Source: a virus (taxonomy: Duplodnaviria; Caudoviricetes). Taken from it: a DNA stretch of 53,517 nt. The translations under genes were made by a program, and so were the position numbers. Below the pieces are notes generated by a model. That model did no database searches. It saw only the letters and a program-made list of their open reading frames with translations, and was not told the DNA's origin. The stretch is from the IMG/VR virus record IMGVR_UViG_3300036845_000533, positions 1-53,517 of that record. One strand, given 5' to 3'. Within the stretch, counting starts at the first letter, position 1. Each line of letters begins with the position of its first letter. Positions 7,668 through 15,830 of the stretch are shown here, piece after piece.

Positions 7668-8695
7668 TTCATCACCTCGCCTGGGTAAAAGATTCCTTTG
7701 GCGTGCCGTTCCGCATCGGCCTTGATGGCGCGCTGCTCACTCAACGACGAAATACGCTCTAGCCGTTCCGCCTTGGGCTCGAAGGCGCGCCGTGCCGGCG
7801 TCCGTATAACCGGCGCCACGATCCACTCGCCTTCCTTGACCCAGCGCCAGAGCTGCGGGATAAACGCGCCGGCTTCCAGCGTGGCCCAGTACTCGCGCCA
7901 TTGCTGATGCCGTGATCGGAGCGTCGCCACCAGTTTGGCTGCCTGCTGCCAGTTCTCGTGGAGTAGCCGGTCGATTTCTTCCAGTGCGGCCAGTGCCTTA
8001 CCCGGTTGTGGGTGTACGGCAACTAACTCCTGCCAGAGCGCTTCACTGTAGCGCGATCGCAGCGGACGCCGTGCCGCGTTCAGACGAGCCGGCATTTGGT
8101 CTTCATCAAGAGATTTATCCACAACCAGAGCGGGGGTCGCCGGCGCCTGTCTTGGCTCCGCATGGTGTACGCTCCGGTCGGCGGCAAGCCCCTCGTTGTT
8201 AGATAAGTAGGTTCTATCAGTAGGTTCAGTTAATAAGGAGACGGGCGGGTCCAGAGTTCCATTTTGATACTCTGCAGAGTTCCATTTTGACACTCTGGGA
8301 CTTGGGTTCTGTTCGCCTTCTCTTTGCTCTGCGGGCGGGCTCGCGCCGGGGGCCTTTTCCACAGGCTTGGAAAACTTGATCCTCGCTTGAGCCAGCATTT
8401 TGGCCCACATCTCCCGGGCGGCAATGATGTACTGATTAACCCGTTGTGTGTGTCTGATGATGACGAGGCCCCATTGCTGAAGTTCGCGCAGGGCCCGAAG
8501 GACGGTGCTACGGCTCAACGATAAATCGGTAGCTAACCGGATTATCCGCGGGTTGCATTGGCCGGTGATCCGGTTCTTGTAGTCATCCAGAAGGGCCAGA
8601 AGGTGTTTCGCGTTGTTTGATAGACAAGGATCCGCCTCGAGAAACTTTGGCAGAACGATAGATGGTTGAGTTATTGTGGTCATAGATGTGTTCAT
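7664..8695 (-). CDS. Replication initiator (N-terminal winged HTH)
   Basis: LSNNAKHLL...GQCNP..RLATDLSLSRSTVLRALRELQQWGLV; internal iteron-like repeats. Confidence 0.8.
   Translation of the reverse strand: MNTSMTTITQPSIVLPKFLEADPCLSNNAKHLLALLDDYKNRITGQCNPRIIRLATDLSLSRSTVLRALRELQQWGLVIIRHTQRVNQYIIAAREMWAKMLAQARIKFSKPVEKAPGASPPAEQREGEQNPSPRVSKWNSAEYQNGTLDPPVSLLTEPTDRTYLSNNEGLAADRSVHHAEPRQAPATPALVVDKSLDEDQMPARLNAARRPLRSRYSEALWQELVAVHPQPGKALAALEEIDRLLHENWQQAAKLVATLRSRHQQWREYWATLEAGAFIPQLWRWVKEGEWIVAPVIRTPARRAFEPKAERLERISSLSEQRAIKADAERHAKGIFYPGEVMK
8115..8363. promoter_or_regulatory. Putative replication origin
   Basis: Tandem 23-bp repeats 8252-8274 and 8275-8297 (1 mismatch), agtaggttc twice (8206, 8219), DnaA boxes TTATCCACA (8115) and TTTTCCACA (8355). 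Confidence 0.75.
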
Positions 8696-8751
8696 AGAAA
8701 CCCTTTCTGAACAAGGCTTTTTAGTAGGAGCTTTCTTCAATCAGTGAAATG

Positions 8752-8791
8752 AACCGCTCACGGAATGGACCCCATGGGCGGTTTTCTTTTT
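8752..8791 (+). terminator. Intrinsic terminator antisense to the operon
   Basis: aaccgctca/tgggcggtt stem followed by ttcttttt on the plus strand. Confidence 0.5.
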
Positions 8792-9158
8792 AGGGGCTGC
8801 GCTCGTGGCGCGTCAGCCAGTCCTGCAGCTCTTGGGAAGACGTCACCACGGCGACGCGCAACCGGTAGCCCAGGGTTAGTTGCTGGATCTTGACGATCTG
8901 CTCGGCGGACAGAACGCCACCCGATTGACGTTTCACTTCCAGTAGGAATCCCGGATACTTCGCGTGAATGACGATGTAATCCGGCAGGCCCTTCTCACCG
9001 ATGACGATCCAGCGCCCGTCAATTGTCCGGAATCGGCCGACATGTTGGCGGCTGATCCAGTAGCCGCGGAGTCGCAGCAGATCCAGGCAGGCGCGTTCAA
9101 CATCGTTTTCGGCCAGCGGTAAAGGCGCCGTCAATCGGAATGTCTTCGGAATTGTCAC
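8790..9158 (-). CDS. VRR-NUC-like PD-(D/E)xK nuclease or resolvase
   Basis: ENDVE...GEKGLPDY...LLEVKR..G.LS.EQ. Confidence 0.8.
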   Translation of the reverse strand: MTIPKTFRLTAPLPLAENDVERACLDLLRLRGYWISRQHVGRFRTIDGRWIVIGEKGLPDYIVIHAKYPGFLLEVKRQSGGVLSAEQIVKIQQLTLGYRLRVAVVTSSQELQDWLTRHERSP

Positions 9159-9388
9159 AGGGGAGACTCCTCAAGTACCGATAGGCCGCCACGAATTGCG
9201 GGATCCTGTTCCGGAAAGTCTCTCGGTTCCAGCCGGTTGAATTCGGCGATCCACGCCTCGATGCTCATGCCCGAGTTCATGGTTTGTTTCAGGAAGCGTA
9301 TCCCCATGCGCAGGTATTCGACCTGTTGGGAGAGAGTCTCTATTTCTTCGTGGAGATCGGTTACGATTTGTTCTTCTTCAATGGTCAT
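9155..9388 (-). CDS. Hypothetical protein
   Basis: Short coiled-coil ORF overlapping the next start. Confidence 0.5.
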   Translation of the reverse strand: MTIEEEQIVTDLHEEIETLSQQVEYLRMGIRFLKQTMNSGMSIEAWIAEFNRLEPRDFPEQDPAIRGGLSVLEESPL

Positions 9389-9476
9389 AGGCGTTAACGA
9401 ATGCGATCTCCGCGCTCGAAGCCGGCGCACTCCCATGCATAGCTATTCGACCGGTGTTGATCTACTGCGCGGAAGA

Positions 9477-9743
9477 TCATGCAATCTCCGCGGAGTAAGC
9501 CGTCAATGGACGGTCTGGTTCCCCATCAGCGCGTGGCCCGTTGCGTGACGCCAGACGATAGAACCGCAAGGCTTCGTCCAGGGTTTTGAACTGCCGCGCT
9601 TGGTCCCGGGCTTCCGTTACGATGAGGTGGACGAACTCGCCGCCTTCATCCGGCCGCGGAGTCGGATCATAGTCCACCAGGTACTTGCCGTTATACTCGG
9701 TGGGCTCTCCGTCAACCCGGTCAATGAGCTTAATCGTGAACAT
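9477..9743 (-). CDS. Hypothetical phage protein
   Basis: Overlapping operon arrangement; RADG.PDRPLTAY motif. Confidence 0.65.
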   Translation of the reverse strand: MFTIKLIDRVDGEPTEYNGKYLVDYDPTPRPDEGGEFVHLIVTEARDQARQFKTLDEALRFYRLASRNGPRADGEPDRPLTAYSAEIA

Positions 9744-9993
9744 CTACACCATCCTTTCGAGCAGCCAGTGCAGCCTGAATTGCTCGTTCTAGTCCGCAAT
9801 TGCATTCAGTTATTTCGTACCGGCAACCTTCGCGATGCTGCATCCAATCGACTGCGACATCCACTAGCCGCAGGACCAGCGGGATGTCATGATCGACCAT
9901 TGCGCAAGCTGTTTTCCATCCATCGCGTGGATCTTCCAGTGCTGCCTTGCGCCGTGCGTTTATCTCCGCGAGGGTTGCGGCTAGGGTGGTCAC
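9730..9993 (-). CDS. Hypothetical phage protein
   Basis: GTGA overlap; H..GC....CNCGL. Confidence 0.6.
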   Translation of the reverse strand: MTTLAATLAEINARRKAALEDPRDGWKTACAMVDHDIPLVLRLVDVAVDWMQHREGCRYEITECNCGLERAIQAALAARKDGVDVHD

Positions 9994-10208
9994 TCGGTGG
10001 CCTCCCTGAGATCGTCCTCGGACAACTCGTCTGGATCGTCATCAGAACTCCAATCTGCGATGTTCAGAAAGTCGTCCCCCTCGAATTGCCATTGGTTAAC
10101 TGGGTCATTCCGCAACGATTGCAGCGCCTCTTCTTTGCTCTCGGCCAAGAGTTTTACTGTGACCATGGCCGTAGCCTGAATCCGCATGTCTACAAAAAAG
10201 GTTTTCAT
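9990..10208 (-). CDS. Hypothetical acidic protein
   Basis: ATGA overlap. Confidence 0.6.
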   Translation of the reverse strand: MKTFFVDMRIQATAMVTVKLLAESKEEALQSLRNDPVNQWQFEGDDFLNIADWSSDDDPDELSEDDLREATE

Positions 10209-10414
10209 TTCCCCTCACTTTTATCCGCGCTCACTTGAGCGGCCGGCGCGACGCGCTCCCCGCCAAGTTTCATCTGGCCCCAGTCGTAGTGGAACTCCTT
10301 GCCGCACTCGAGACAGACCACATAGTGGCCGCTTCGGTCAGAGCACATCATGGGAAAGGTAAAGCGAGGGTGGCGGCAGCAGAATTGCCGCAGAAGCTGG
10401 AGGATGATGCTCAT
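10205..10414 (-). CDS. Small Zn-binding protein
   Basis: GGAGG RBS; CRH.RFTFP...YVVCLECGKEF.YDW..M. Confidence 0.7.
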   Translation of the reverse strand: MSIILQLLRQFCCRHPRFTFPMMCSDRSGHYVVCLECGKEFHYDWGQMKLGGERVAPAAQVSADKSEGK

Positions 10415-10446
10415 CGAGCCTCCAGGAATGGTTCGGGTGCCGCAGC

Positions 10447-10484
10447 AAAAAAAACGGACCGCGGCTTTCTTTCTCCGCGGTCCG
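10447..10484 (-). terminator. Strong intrinsic terminator downstream of int/attP
   Basis: Perfect 10-bp stem cggaccgcgg/ccgcggtccg followed by 8 U on the minus strand. Confidence 0.85.
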
Positions 10485-10492
10485 CGACGAAG

Positions 10493-10697
10493 TGATCCCC
10501 CAGTGATCCCCTAGTCGTTTTTAAGTTGTCTGTAAACTGCTGAAAAATTAGTGCGTTACCGACCCATGCGGATCGTTGCAGATTGACAGTATAGCATGTA
10601 ATGACTTTGTAAGCTGTTGATTCTATAGCGGTGCAGATACGGTGAAAAACGGTGAAATACGGTGTTTCGGGGTTACTTGATCCCCTAGTTGATCCCC
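10493..10697. other. Putative attP site
   Basis: AT-rich gap after int; TGATCCCC at 10493, 10504, 10678, 10690 (arm-type pairs); ACGGTG at 10639, 10649, 10659 (10-bp period). Confidence 0.75.
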
Positions 10698-10730
10698 TTG
10701 TTTTTGGCGCACGAAATGATGCGCCAGAGG

Positions 10731-12008
10731 TCACTGGATGGACACCGCCGTTCCGATCCGTGCAGCGACATCAGCGGGAAATGCGATGCGGCCGCGGAGC
10801 AGGCTTTCGAGGTGGGTCATCTGTGAAATGGTAAGCGAATCGACGGGCTGCATGTAGACTCTTGCTGTCATGTCCGGCTTCGAGTGGCCGAGCTGCGCCT
10901 GCACTGCTTTGAGGTCAAGGCCGACGAATTGAGAGATCGTCGCAAAGGATCGGCGCAGCATCTGGAAGTCAACGTCCTGAACCGGAATTTTAGCGCGTAC
11001 CGCGGCCGGTCGTAGGATGCCCCGCACGATATTGGAATAGATTGCCGGTCGGCCAGTGCTGCCGCGGAACAGAACATCCTTCGGGCCAATCCCTTCGGCT
11101 GTGATCCAGGCATGCACCTCGGACGCGAGCTCCGGCGGAAGGTGAATGAATCGAGAGGCCCCGGTCTTCGTGCTCTTGACGTTTCTCCAGCGATCGAAGG
11201 CCTTGTTGATGTGGATCCAGGTCGGACCGACATCCGCCACCGTGACGGCCATCAATTCGGCCGGCCGGGTGGCGCCGAGGATCGAAACCCAGACGATCAG
11301 ACGATCCCGGATGCTCAGTTCGTTGAGTAAGGCCGGAAGATACTGCGGCGGGAAAACACTCTTATCCGGCTTGATCGCCTGCTTGGGAACTTTGAGCCGA
11401 ACCGTCACAGAACGCGCCGGATTGCGTGTCGTCATTCCCCGTTCCAGAGCGAGATCGAACACGGCTCGAAGGTTCGTTAAGACATGCGTGGCATACGACG
11501 TACTGATGCCCTTCTTGATCACCTTCTTTTTTCGAACATCCTGCCGGTGAGCTAGCGATCCCATGAACCGCTTGAGATCCTCCGGCATGATTGAATCGAC
11601 CTCACGCTGACCCAGCGCGGGAATGATCGAATTATTGAAGATCGACCGGGTATTACGGCGCGTGCCTTCTTCCCAGTCGACTTCCCGCATGGTCAGGTAA
11701 TCCTCACAAAGATCTGCTACCTTTGCTCGTCCTGTGGTGGCCACAGCCTGGCCGGCCTGGCGGCGCAGCCATGCAACGTGCAGGTCTTCCGCCTGGCCCT
11801 TGGTTAGTGCGGCCTTGGTCCCCAGGATGCGCTTGCGGCGCAGCCGGCGTTTGGTCCCGTCCGGTCCGACCTCGTGCACATACCAGAGGCCCATCCATTT
11901 CTTTTCGCGTTTGCCGACCAGTTCGACCCATCCGTTCTGGTGGCTCTCCCGGTGGCGGTGTGCGGCGCAATATGCGGCAAGGTCCAGCTGTGTTTGTCCG
12001 TCCCTCAT
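10731..12008 (-). CDS. int: Tyrosine integrase
   Basis: GATRPAEL, KSTKTG, FQMLRRSFAT, QLGHSKPDMTARVY. Confidence 0.93.
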   Translation of the reverse strand: MRDGQTQLDLAAYCAAHRHRESHQNGWVELVGKREKKWMGLWYVHEVGPDGTKRRLRRKRILGTKAALTKGQAEDLHVAWLRRQAGQAVATTGRAKVADLCEDYLTMREVDWEEGTRRNTRSIFNNSIIPALGQREVDSIMPEDLKRFMGSLAHRQDVRKKKVIKKGISTSYATHVLTNLRAVFDLALERGMTTRNPARSVTVRLKVPKQAIKPDKSVFPPQYLPALLNELSIRDRLIVWVSILGATRPAELMAVTVADVGPTWIHINKAFDRWRNVKSTKTGASRFIHLPPELASEVHAWITAEGIGPKDVLFRGSTGRPAIYSNIVRGILRPAAVRAKIPVQDVDFQMLRRSFATISQFVGLDLKAVQAQLGHSKPDMTARVYMQPVDSLTISQMTHLESLLRGRIAFPADVAARIGTAVSIQ

Positions 12009-12229
12009 GACTTCGCCGTCCTCGCTTTGCGTGCTGCTGCCTTTGTCGCCGTCTTGCGCGGTCGTCCCACCTTGCCGATGACCACCGCTTTCAGATCTTT
12101 TTCACTGATCATATGGAAGACTCCGAAGCGGGACGTCTTCAGACGGCCGTCCCGGATCAGCCCGTAAATCCGCATGGTCGATACACCGAGGCGTTTGGCC
12201 GCGTCGCCTACCGTAAGAGGTGCGCTCAT
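12005..12229 (-). CDS. Excisionase-like HTH protein
   Basis: LTVGDAAKRLGVSTMRIYGLIRDGRL; coupled to int. Confidence 0.75.
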   Translation of the reverse strand: MSAPLTVGDAAKRLGVSTMRIYGLIRDGRLKTSRFGVFHMISEKDLKAVVIGKVGRPRKTATKAAARKARTAKS

Positions 12230-12519
12230 GCGCGCCGCCCCTTAGCCGCTTCCAACTTGCGTAGCCGGGTCTTTACTTCGCTCAGTTCGCGCGCCCGTAT
12301 CGCGTCAAGCGCTTCTAGCCTGGTCATCTGTTTGGTGAGCGCGGAGATCGACGCCGTACCGGCTACGATCATTTTCGAATGGCGCTCGACTACGCTCTCG
12401 ATACGACTCAAGCCGTCCCGCAACTCTTCGCGCACCTCCTGGCGGAATCCGCCCATTTCGCGGTTAAAGCTGTCCGCCAGGTTTTGGATCAGCGTTTCTA
12501 TGTGATTTCCCGATTGCAT
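12226..12519 (-). CDS. Small coiled-coil protein
   Basis: Heptad-rich ORF with ATGA overlap. Confidence 0.6.
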   Translation of the reverse strand: MQSGNHIETLIQNLADSFNREMGGFRQEVREELRDGLSRIESVVERHSKMIVAGTASISALTKQMTRLEALDAIRARELSEVKTRLRKLEAAKGRRA

Positions 12520-12591
12520 GTTCCTGTTTAGTCCCTTTTTGTTTCAGGCGATTGCACTACTTCGGATAATTGTATAACAGAACATAGGATT

Positions 12592-12807
12592 TCACTGGAT
12601 CGGAACGCCTTTCGCCATCGCTCTATGGCAACGTTCCAGAAAGGCCTCGATGTCGGATTCGCGGAAACGGACCGATTTGCCGAGCTTTAGCGACGGAAGG
12701 ACCGGCCGATATCGGCCTTCAGCATGATCCATGACCCACGCTACTGAGACGTTGAGCATTTCCGCTACCTGTCGCGCATTGAGCAGCGCCGCGGTTGGTT
12801 TAGTCAT
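12592..12807 (-). CDS. Excisionase/AlpA-like HTH protein
   Basis: LLNARQVAEMLNVS..WV...LPSLKLGKSVRF..SDI. Confidence 0.8.
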   Translation of the reverse strand: MTKPTAALLNARQVAEMLNVSVAWVMDHAEGRYRPVLPSLKLGKSVRFRESDIEAFLERCHRAMAKGVPIQ

Positions 12808-13431
12808 TAGACTGGCTTCCCTTCAAGGCAGAACTGGCAGCCAGGCGGATGCGTAATTCCGCCCGCGCATAGACCAGGCGCGATTTGACGGCTGTCTCAT
12901 TAATCCCCAATGCTGCAGCAACTTTACGGCGGGGCAATTCCTGGAGGTACCTCAGCGATATCACCCCACGCAGCAACGGCGGGATCCGCTTCACTTCCGA
13001 CCTGAGAAGTTGATTGAATTCTAAACAGGCAAATATGCGTTCAGGATCATCGTCCCCGGACCGCAGTTGAACCGGTACGCGTTCGTGAGCCAAATCCGCG
13101 GCGTCTAGAAAGACGAAGCGCCGCTCTCGATGCCGCAAACGCATCAACATCCGGCACTCATTCACAACAATTCGCCCCAGCCACTTCCCGAAACCTGCCT
13201 CATCCTGGCTCTGTAACTGATCCAAATGCTGGTAAGCCCTTAAGATGGCATTCTGCGCCTGATCCTTTGCCTCGTCGCGGTCGCGCAGAACATGAGAGGC
13301 TATGCCCACACAGTTCCCCCAATGCCGCTCAACGAGCATGCCAAATGCCTTGTCGTCGCCTTTCCGCGCCAGGTCCACAAGTTGCAAATCTGAATAATTC
13401 GTTGGCTTGGTCATCACACTGGCTTCCCTTC
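12794..13431. repeat. Imperfect 31-bp direct repeat flanking the sigma gene
   Basis: 12794-12824 versus 13401-13431, 27/31 identical, with perfect core actggcttcccttc. Confidence 0.8.
12800..13414 (-). CDS. ECF-type sigma-70 factor
   Basis: D..LV..ARKGD.KAF..LV, F.KWL.RIVVNEC, VAAALGINETAVKSRL..AR. Confidence 0.88.
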   Translation of the reverse strand: MTKPTNYSDLQLVDLARKGDDKAFGMLVERHWGNCVGIASHVLRDRDEAKDQAQNAILRAYQHLDQLQSQDEAGFGKWLGRIVVNECRMLMRLRHRERRFVFLDAADLAHERVPVQLRSGDDDPERIFACLEFNQLLRSEVKRIPPLLRGVISLRYLQELPRRKVAAALGINETAVKSRLVYARAELRIRLAASSALKGSQSND

Positions 13432-13635
13432 GGGCGTTCCGCCGAAACACTCGAGACACACGATCACGAGCCCCCGCCGATGCTGCGCCAATAGCCGCTG
13501 GCTCGACGGCGACAGCACGATCGGTGCCTCGCACCGCTGGCAGCGGTCCGTCACCGTGCTTCCGGCTGCTAGCGGCACCCTCGTATCAAGATCGGCCACG
13601 CGCATCGAGACGAGCACAACGGGTTCGTCGATCAT
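13414..13635 (-). CDS. Small Zn-finger protein
   Basis: CQRC...CLEC. Confidence 0.6.
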   Translation of the reverse strand: MIDEPVVLVSMRVADLDTRVPLAAGSTVTDRCQRCEAPIVLSPSSQRLLAQHRRGLVIVCLECFGGTPEGKPV

Positions 13636-13874
13636 CCCTGCTCCTTCGTGAGTGCGGTCGCGAGAGTGATGCCGGTCGCCGGTGGATTCATATCGACGAC
13701 GATGCCGTCGACGGTCACGATCCCACGCGCCTTGTTCGCGCGGTCGGCAGCGCGCACCGCCTGCCGGTGTAGTTCGGTCAGCACGCGCAGCGCGGCTTCC
13801 TGATCGCCCAGCGGCCAGTCCGCAAAAAGGTCAAACCACTCCGATTCGAGACTCTTGCTACGGCGCCGGCTCAT
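13632..13874 (-). CDS. Hypothetical protein
   Basis: ATGA overlaps. Confidence 0.6.
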   Translation of the reverse strand: MSRRRSKSLESEWFDLFADWPLGDQEAALRVLTELHRQAVRAADRANKARGIVTVDGIVVDMNPPATGITLATALTKEQG

Positions 13875-14332
13875 TGCTGCCTGCCTGGCGGCAAGCCAAG
13901 AGTCTGCCGGCCGGCTTCGAGCGCGGCGAACATGGTCTTACCGGGCGCGTATTCGATATAGGGCATGAACACTTCCACCGCCTGGACCATGCCAGTTTCG
14001 ATCATGGCGAGCTGCGCCTGCGTCCAGCGGAGTAACTGCCGCCATGCGACGCGCTCGGCCTTCTCGCGTAACCGGATCTTCTCCTTAGAGTCGACATAAG
14101 TGTTGCGCCGCTTCAGCAGGATCTGATAGACGGGCTCGACGCGCGTCGGCATGACAAACAGAACGTCGCGGCCGTTCATGCGCATCGACCAGCGCAGGCC
14201 GGTGACTTTGCCGCTCTCATAGTCGGTGGCGATCTGCGTGGCGCCGGCAGCGATCAGACACGCAGAGACTTCCGCGGCCGTACGCGTGGGACTGATCTCG
14301 GTCGATTCCATGAAGAGGGTTTTTGTGGGCAT
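13871..14332 (-). CDS. Conserved hypothetical phage protein
   Basis: AERVAWRQLLRW..AQLAMIE...EVFMPY. Confidence 0.75.
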   Translation of the reverse strand: MPTKTLFMESTEISPTRTAAEVSACLIAAGATQIATDYESGKVTGLRWSMRMNGRDVLFVMPTRVEPVYQILLKRRNTYVDSKEKIRLREKAERVAWRQLLRWTQAQLAMIETGMVQAVEVFMPYIEYAPGKTMFAALEAGRQTLGLPPGRQQ

Positions 14333-14383
14333 AAAGGATGACGCATGAGGGGCCGGGGTTTTGTACCCCGGCCCGTTGCCTGT

Positions 14384-15340
14384 TTAAGCTGCCTTTGAAC
14401 TCGACATCCTGTAATACCGAGACCAGATCTTCTTGGCCTCACGACGAAAGTGCTCTTGCCGGTAAATCTTCTTCTGAGTCCAGTCTTTTAACTTACTGGA
14501 CAACTCGCGCGTATCGTCGTTTGGGTCTGGATTACTCTCATTCAGGACTTCATCCCAGAAGCGTAATGCTATTTCCGGATTCGTCGACCAATCAGCAAAA
14601 ATCTCCGCAACCAAGCCGGGTTTCCCGACCATCCACGCATGTCTGGCGGGCTTCCGCTCATTATCTTGGTGTAGGCTGCTGATCGCATCCAGCCAGACAG
14701 CGAACTCACGATTTAAACTCTCGTGAAAGTATGATCCGTGAGCACGCGATCCAAACTTATGGACGACCTGATTCTTATCTGTCTCGGGGAGGTCGCGGCG
14801 ATAGAAATCAATTCCATTTGCAACCTTGAACAGAAAACTGCGGCTAATATTCACCAGTTCTTCGTATCCGGCGACGTCCACACCGATTTTGTCGGTATTG
14901 CTTCTGGCGGACCTTGGATTATCAAAGAGGTCGAACAACACTGGCGCTTCCTCCATCGATGACATGGAGTATCGGTTGATGGTCACTCCCATGTCTTCTG
15001 GGAAGACGCTGACATCACAACCGGCGAGGGCGGTCGATGTATGCTGCCCGTCGGCCCGCCATTCCCCTTCTTCATCTTCGACGGTAACCGTGGACCACGA
15101 TGGTGAGTTAAAGGTGCGCTCCTTCAGCCGGGCGTTGAAGAACGCTAGCCGCGAGTCTTTAAGTAGGCGTTCTCCCGGAAGTGGCCTCATCGATGCGAAT
15201 TTCTGGGCAAGTTCCTGTGTGAGGGGGACAAGTTCCGAACTGAGTTTCTTTACCATGACTTTCTTCCTGTCTCGCGCATTCGCGCGGTGTAAAGGCGTCT
15301 TCCTGCGCATTGGCGGATTGGCCTGGGTTGATGGTGTCAA
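14384..15340 (-). CDS. ParB-superfamily/DGQH-motif protein (start uncertain)
   Basis: ER.L...R, WRADGQHT, FD...SARS. Confidence 0.6.
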   Translation of the reverse strand: MTPSTQANPPMRRKTPLHRANARDRKKVMVKKLSSELVPLTQELAQKFASMRPLPGERLLKDSRLAFFNARLKERTFNSPSWSTVTVEDEEGEWRADGQHTSTALAGCDVSVFPEDMGVTINRYSMSSMEEAPVLFDLFDNPRSARSNTDKIGVDVAGYEELVNISRSFLFKVANGIDFYRRDLPETDKNQVVHKFGSRAHGSYFHESLNREFAVWLDAISSLHQDNERKPARHAWMVGKPGLVAEIFADWSTNPEIALRFWDEVLNESNPDPNDDTRELSSKLKDWTQKKIYRQEHFRREAKKIWSRYYRMSSSKAA

Positions 15341-15773
15341 GTTGCGCCTCGATCCAATCGATCAATTGGCACAGCTCAAGTTTGATTACGCTTTCGGGCG
15401 TCCACCTCTTATGAGCTTTGGCCCTTCTATAGTTCGCCTCCTCTCTGCGCCGCTTAATCTCGGCGCGCAGGGTTTTATAGAAACCTGCTCGTGACTGTCC
15501 ACCAGGGCTGGCATCCGGTGAGTACCAATCGCAAAGGTCGCGAAGTTTCCTGTCGATCATGAAGCGATACCTACCGTTGCCGTGATATTGGATGTGTAGC
15601 CAAGGAATAGCTCCAACGCGACCCAAGAACGTTCCGGTGACCTGGACCGGTCCGCCGCCTGCCGCCAATTCGTCCACGGTCTGAATGAGTTGCTGTGTGC
15701 TCCGGTATCGCTGCGTGTAGCTGCTCTTGGCCTTGGCTTCTTCTGTCAATGAACTGCCGCGCTTTCTGCCCAT
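15159..15773 (-). CDS. Hypothetical protein
   Basis: GGAGG RBS before MGRKRG; overlaps the next gene. Confidence 0.5.
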   Translation of the reverse strand: MGRKRGSSLTEEAKAKSSYTQRYRSTQQLIQTVDELAAGGGPVQVTGTFLGRVGAIPWLHIQYHGNGRYRFMIDRKLRDLCDWYSPDASPGGQSRAGFYKTLRAEIKRRREEANYRRAKAHKRWTPESVIKLELCQLIDWIEAQLDTINPGQSANAQEDAFTPRECARQEESHGKETQFGTCPPHTGTCPEIRIDEATSGRTPT

Positions 15774-15830
15774 AAGACCCTCCAAGGGAAGGCGGCAAGC
15801 CCTGGCGGCCTGCCGCCGGCTTCCTACTTC

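Noticed and set aside
10540-10620. tRNA fragment as att core, or tRNA genes anywhere in the window
   Set aside because: No T-arm GTTCGA...CCA pattern is recognisable here, and I noticed no tRNA gene elsewhere by eye.
10411-10734. 107-aa ORF downstream of int
   Set aside because: It runs through the arm-type repeats and a strong terminator, and its TRGS repeats simply translate the DNA repeats. It is better read as attP, although its coupled ends mean translation is not excluded.
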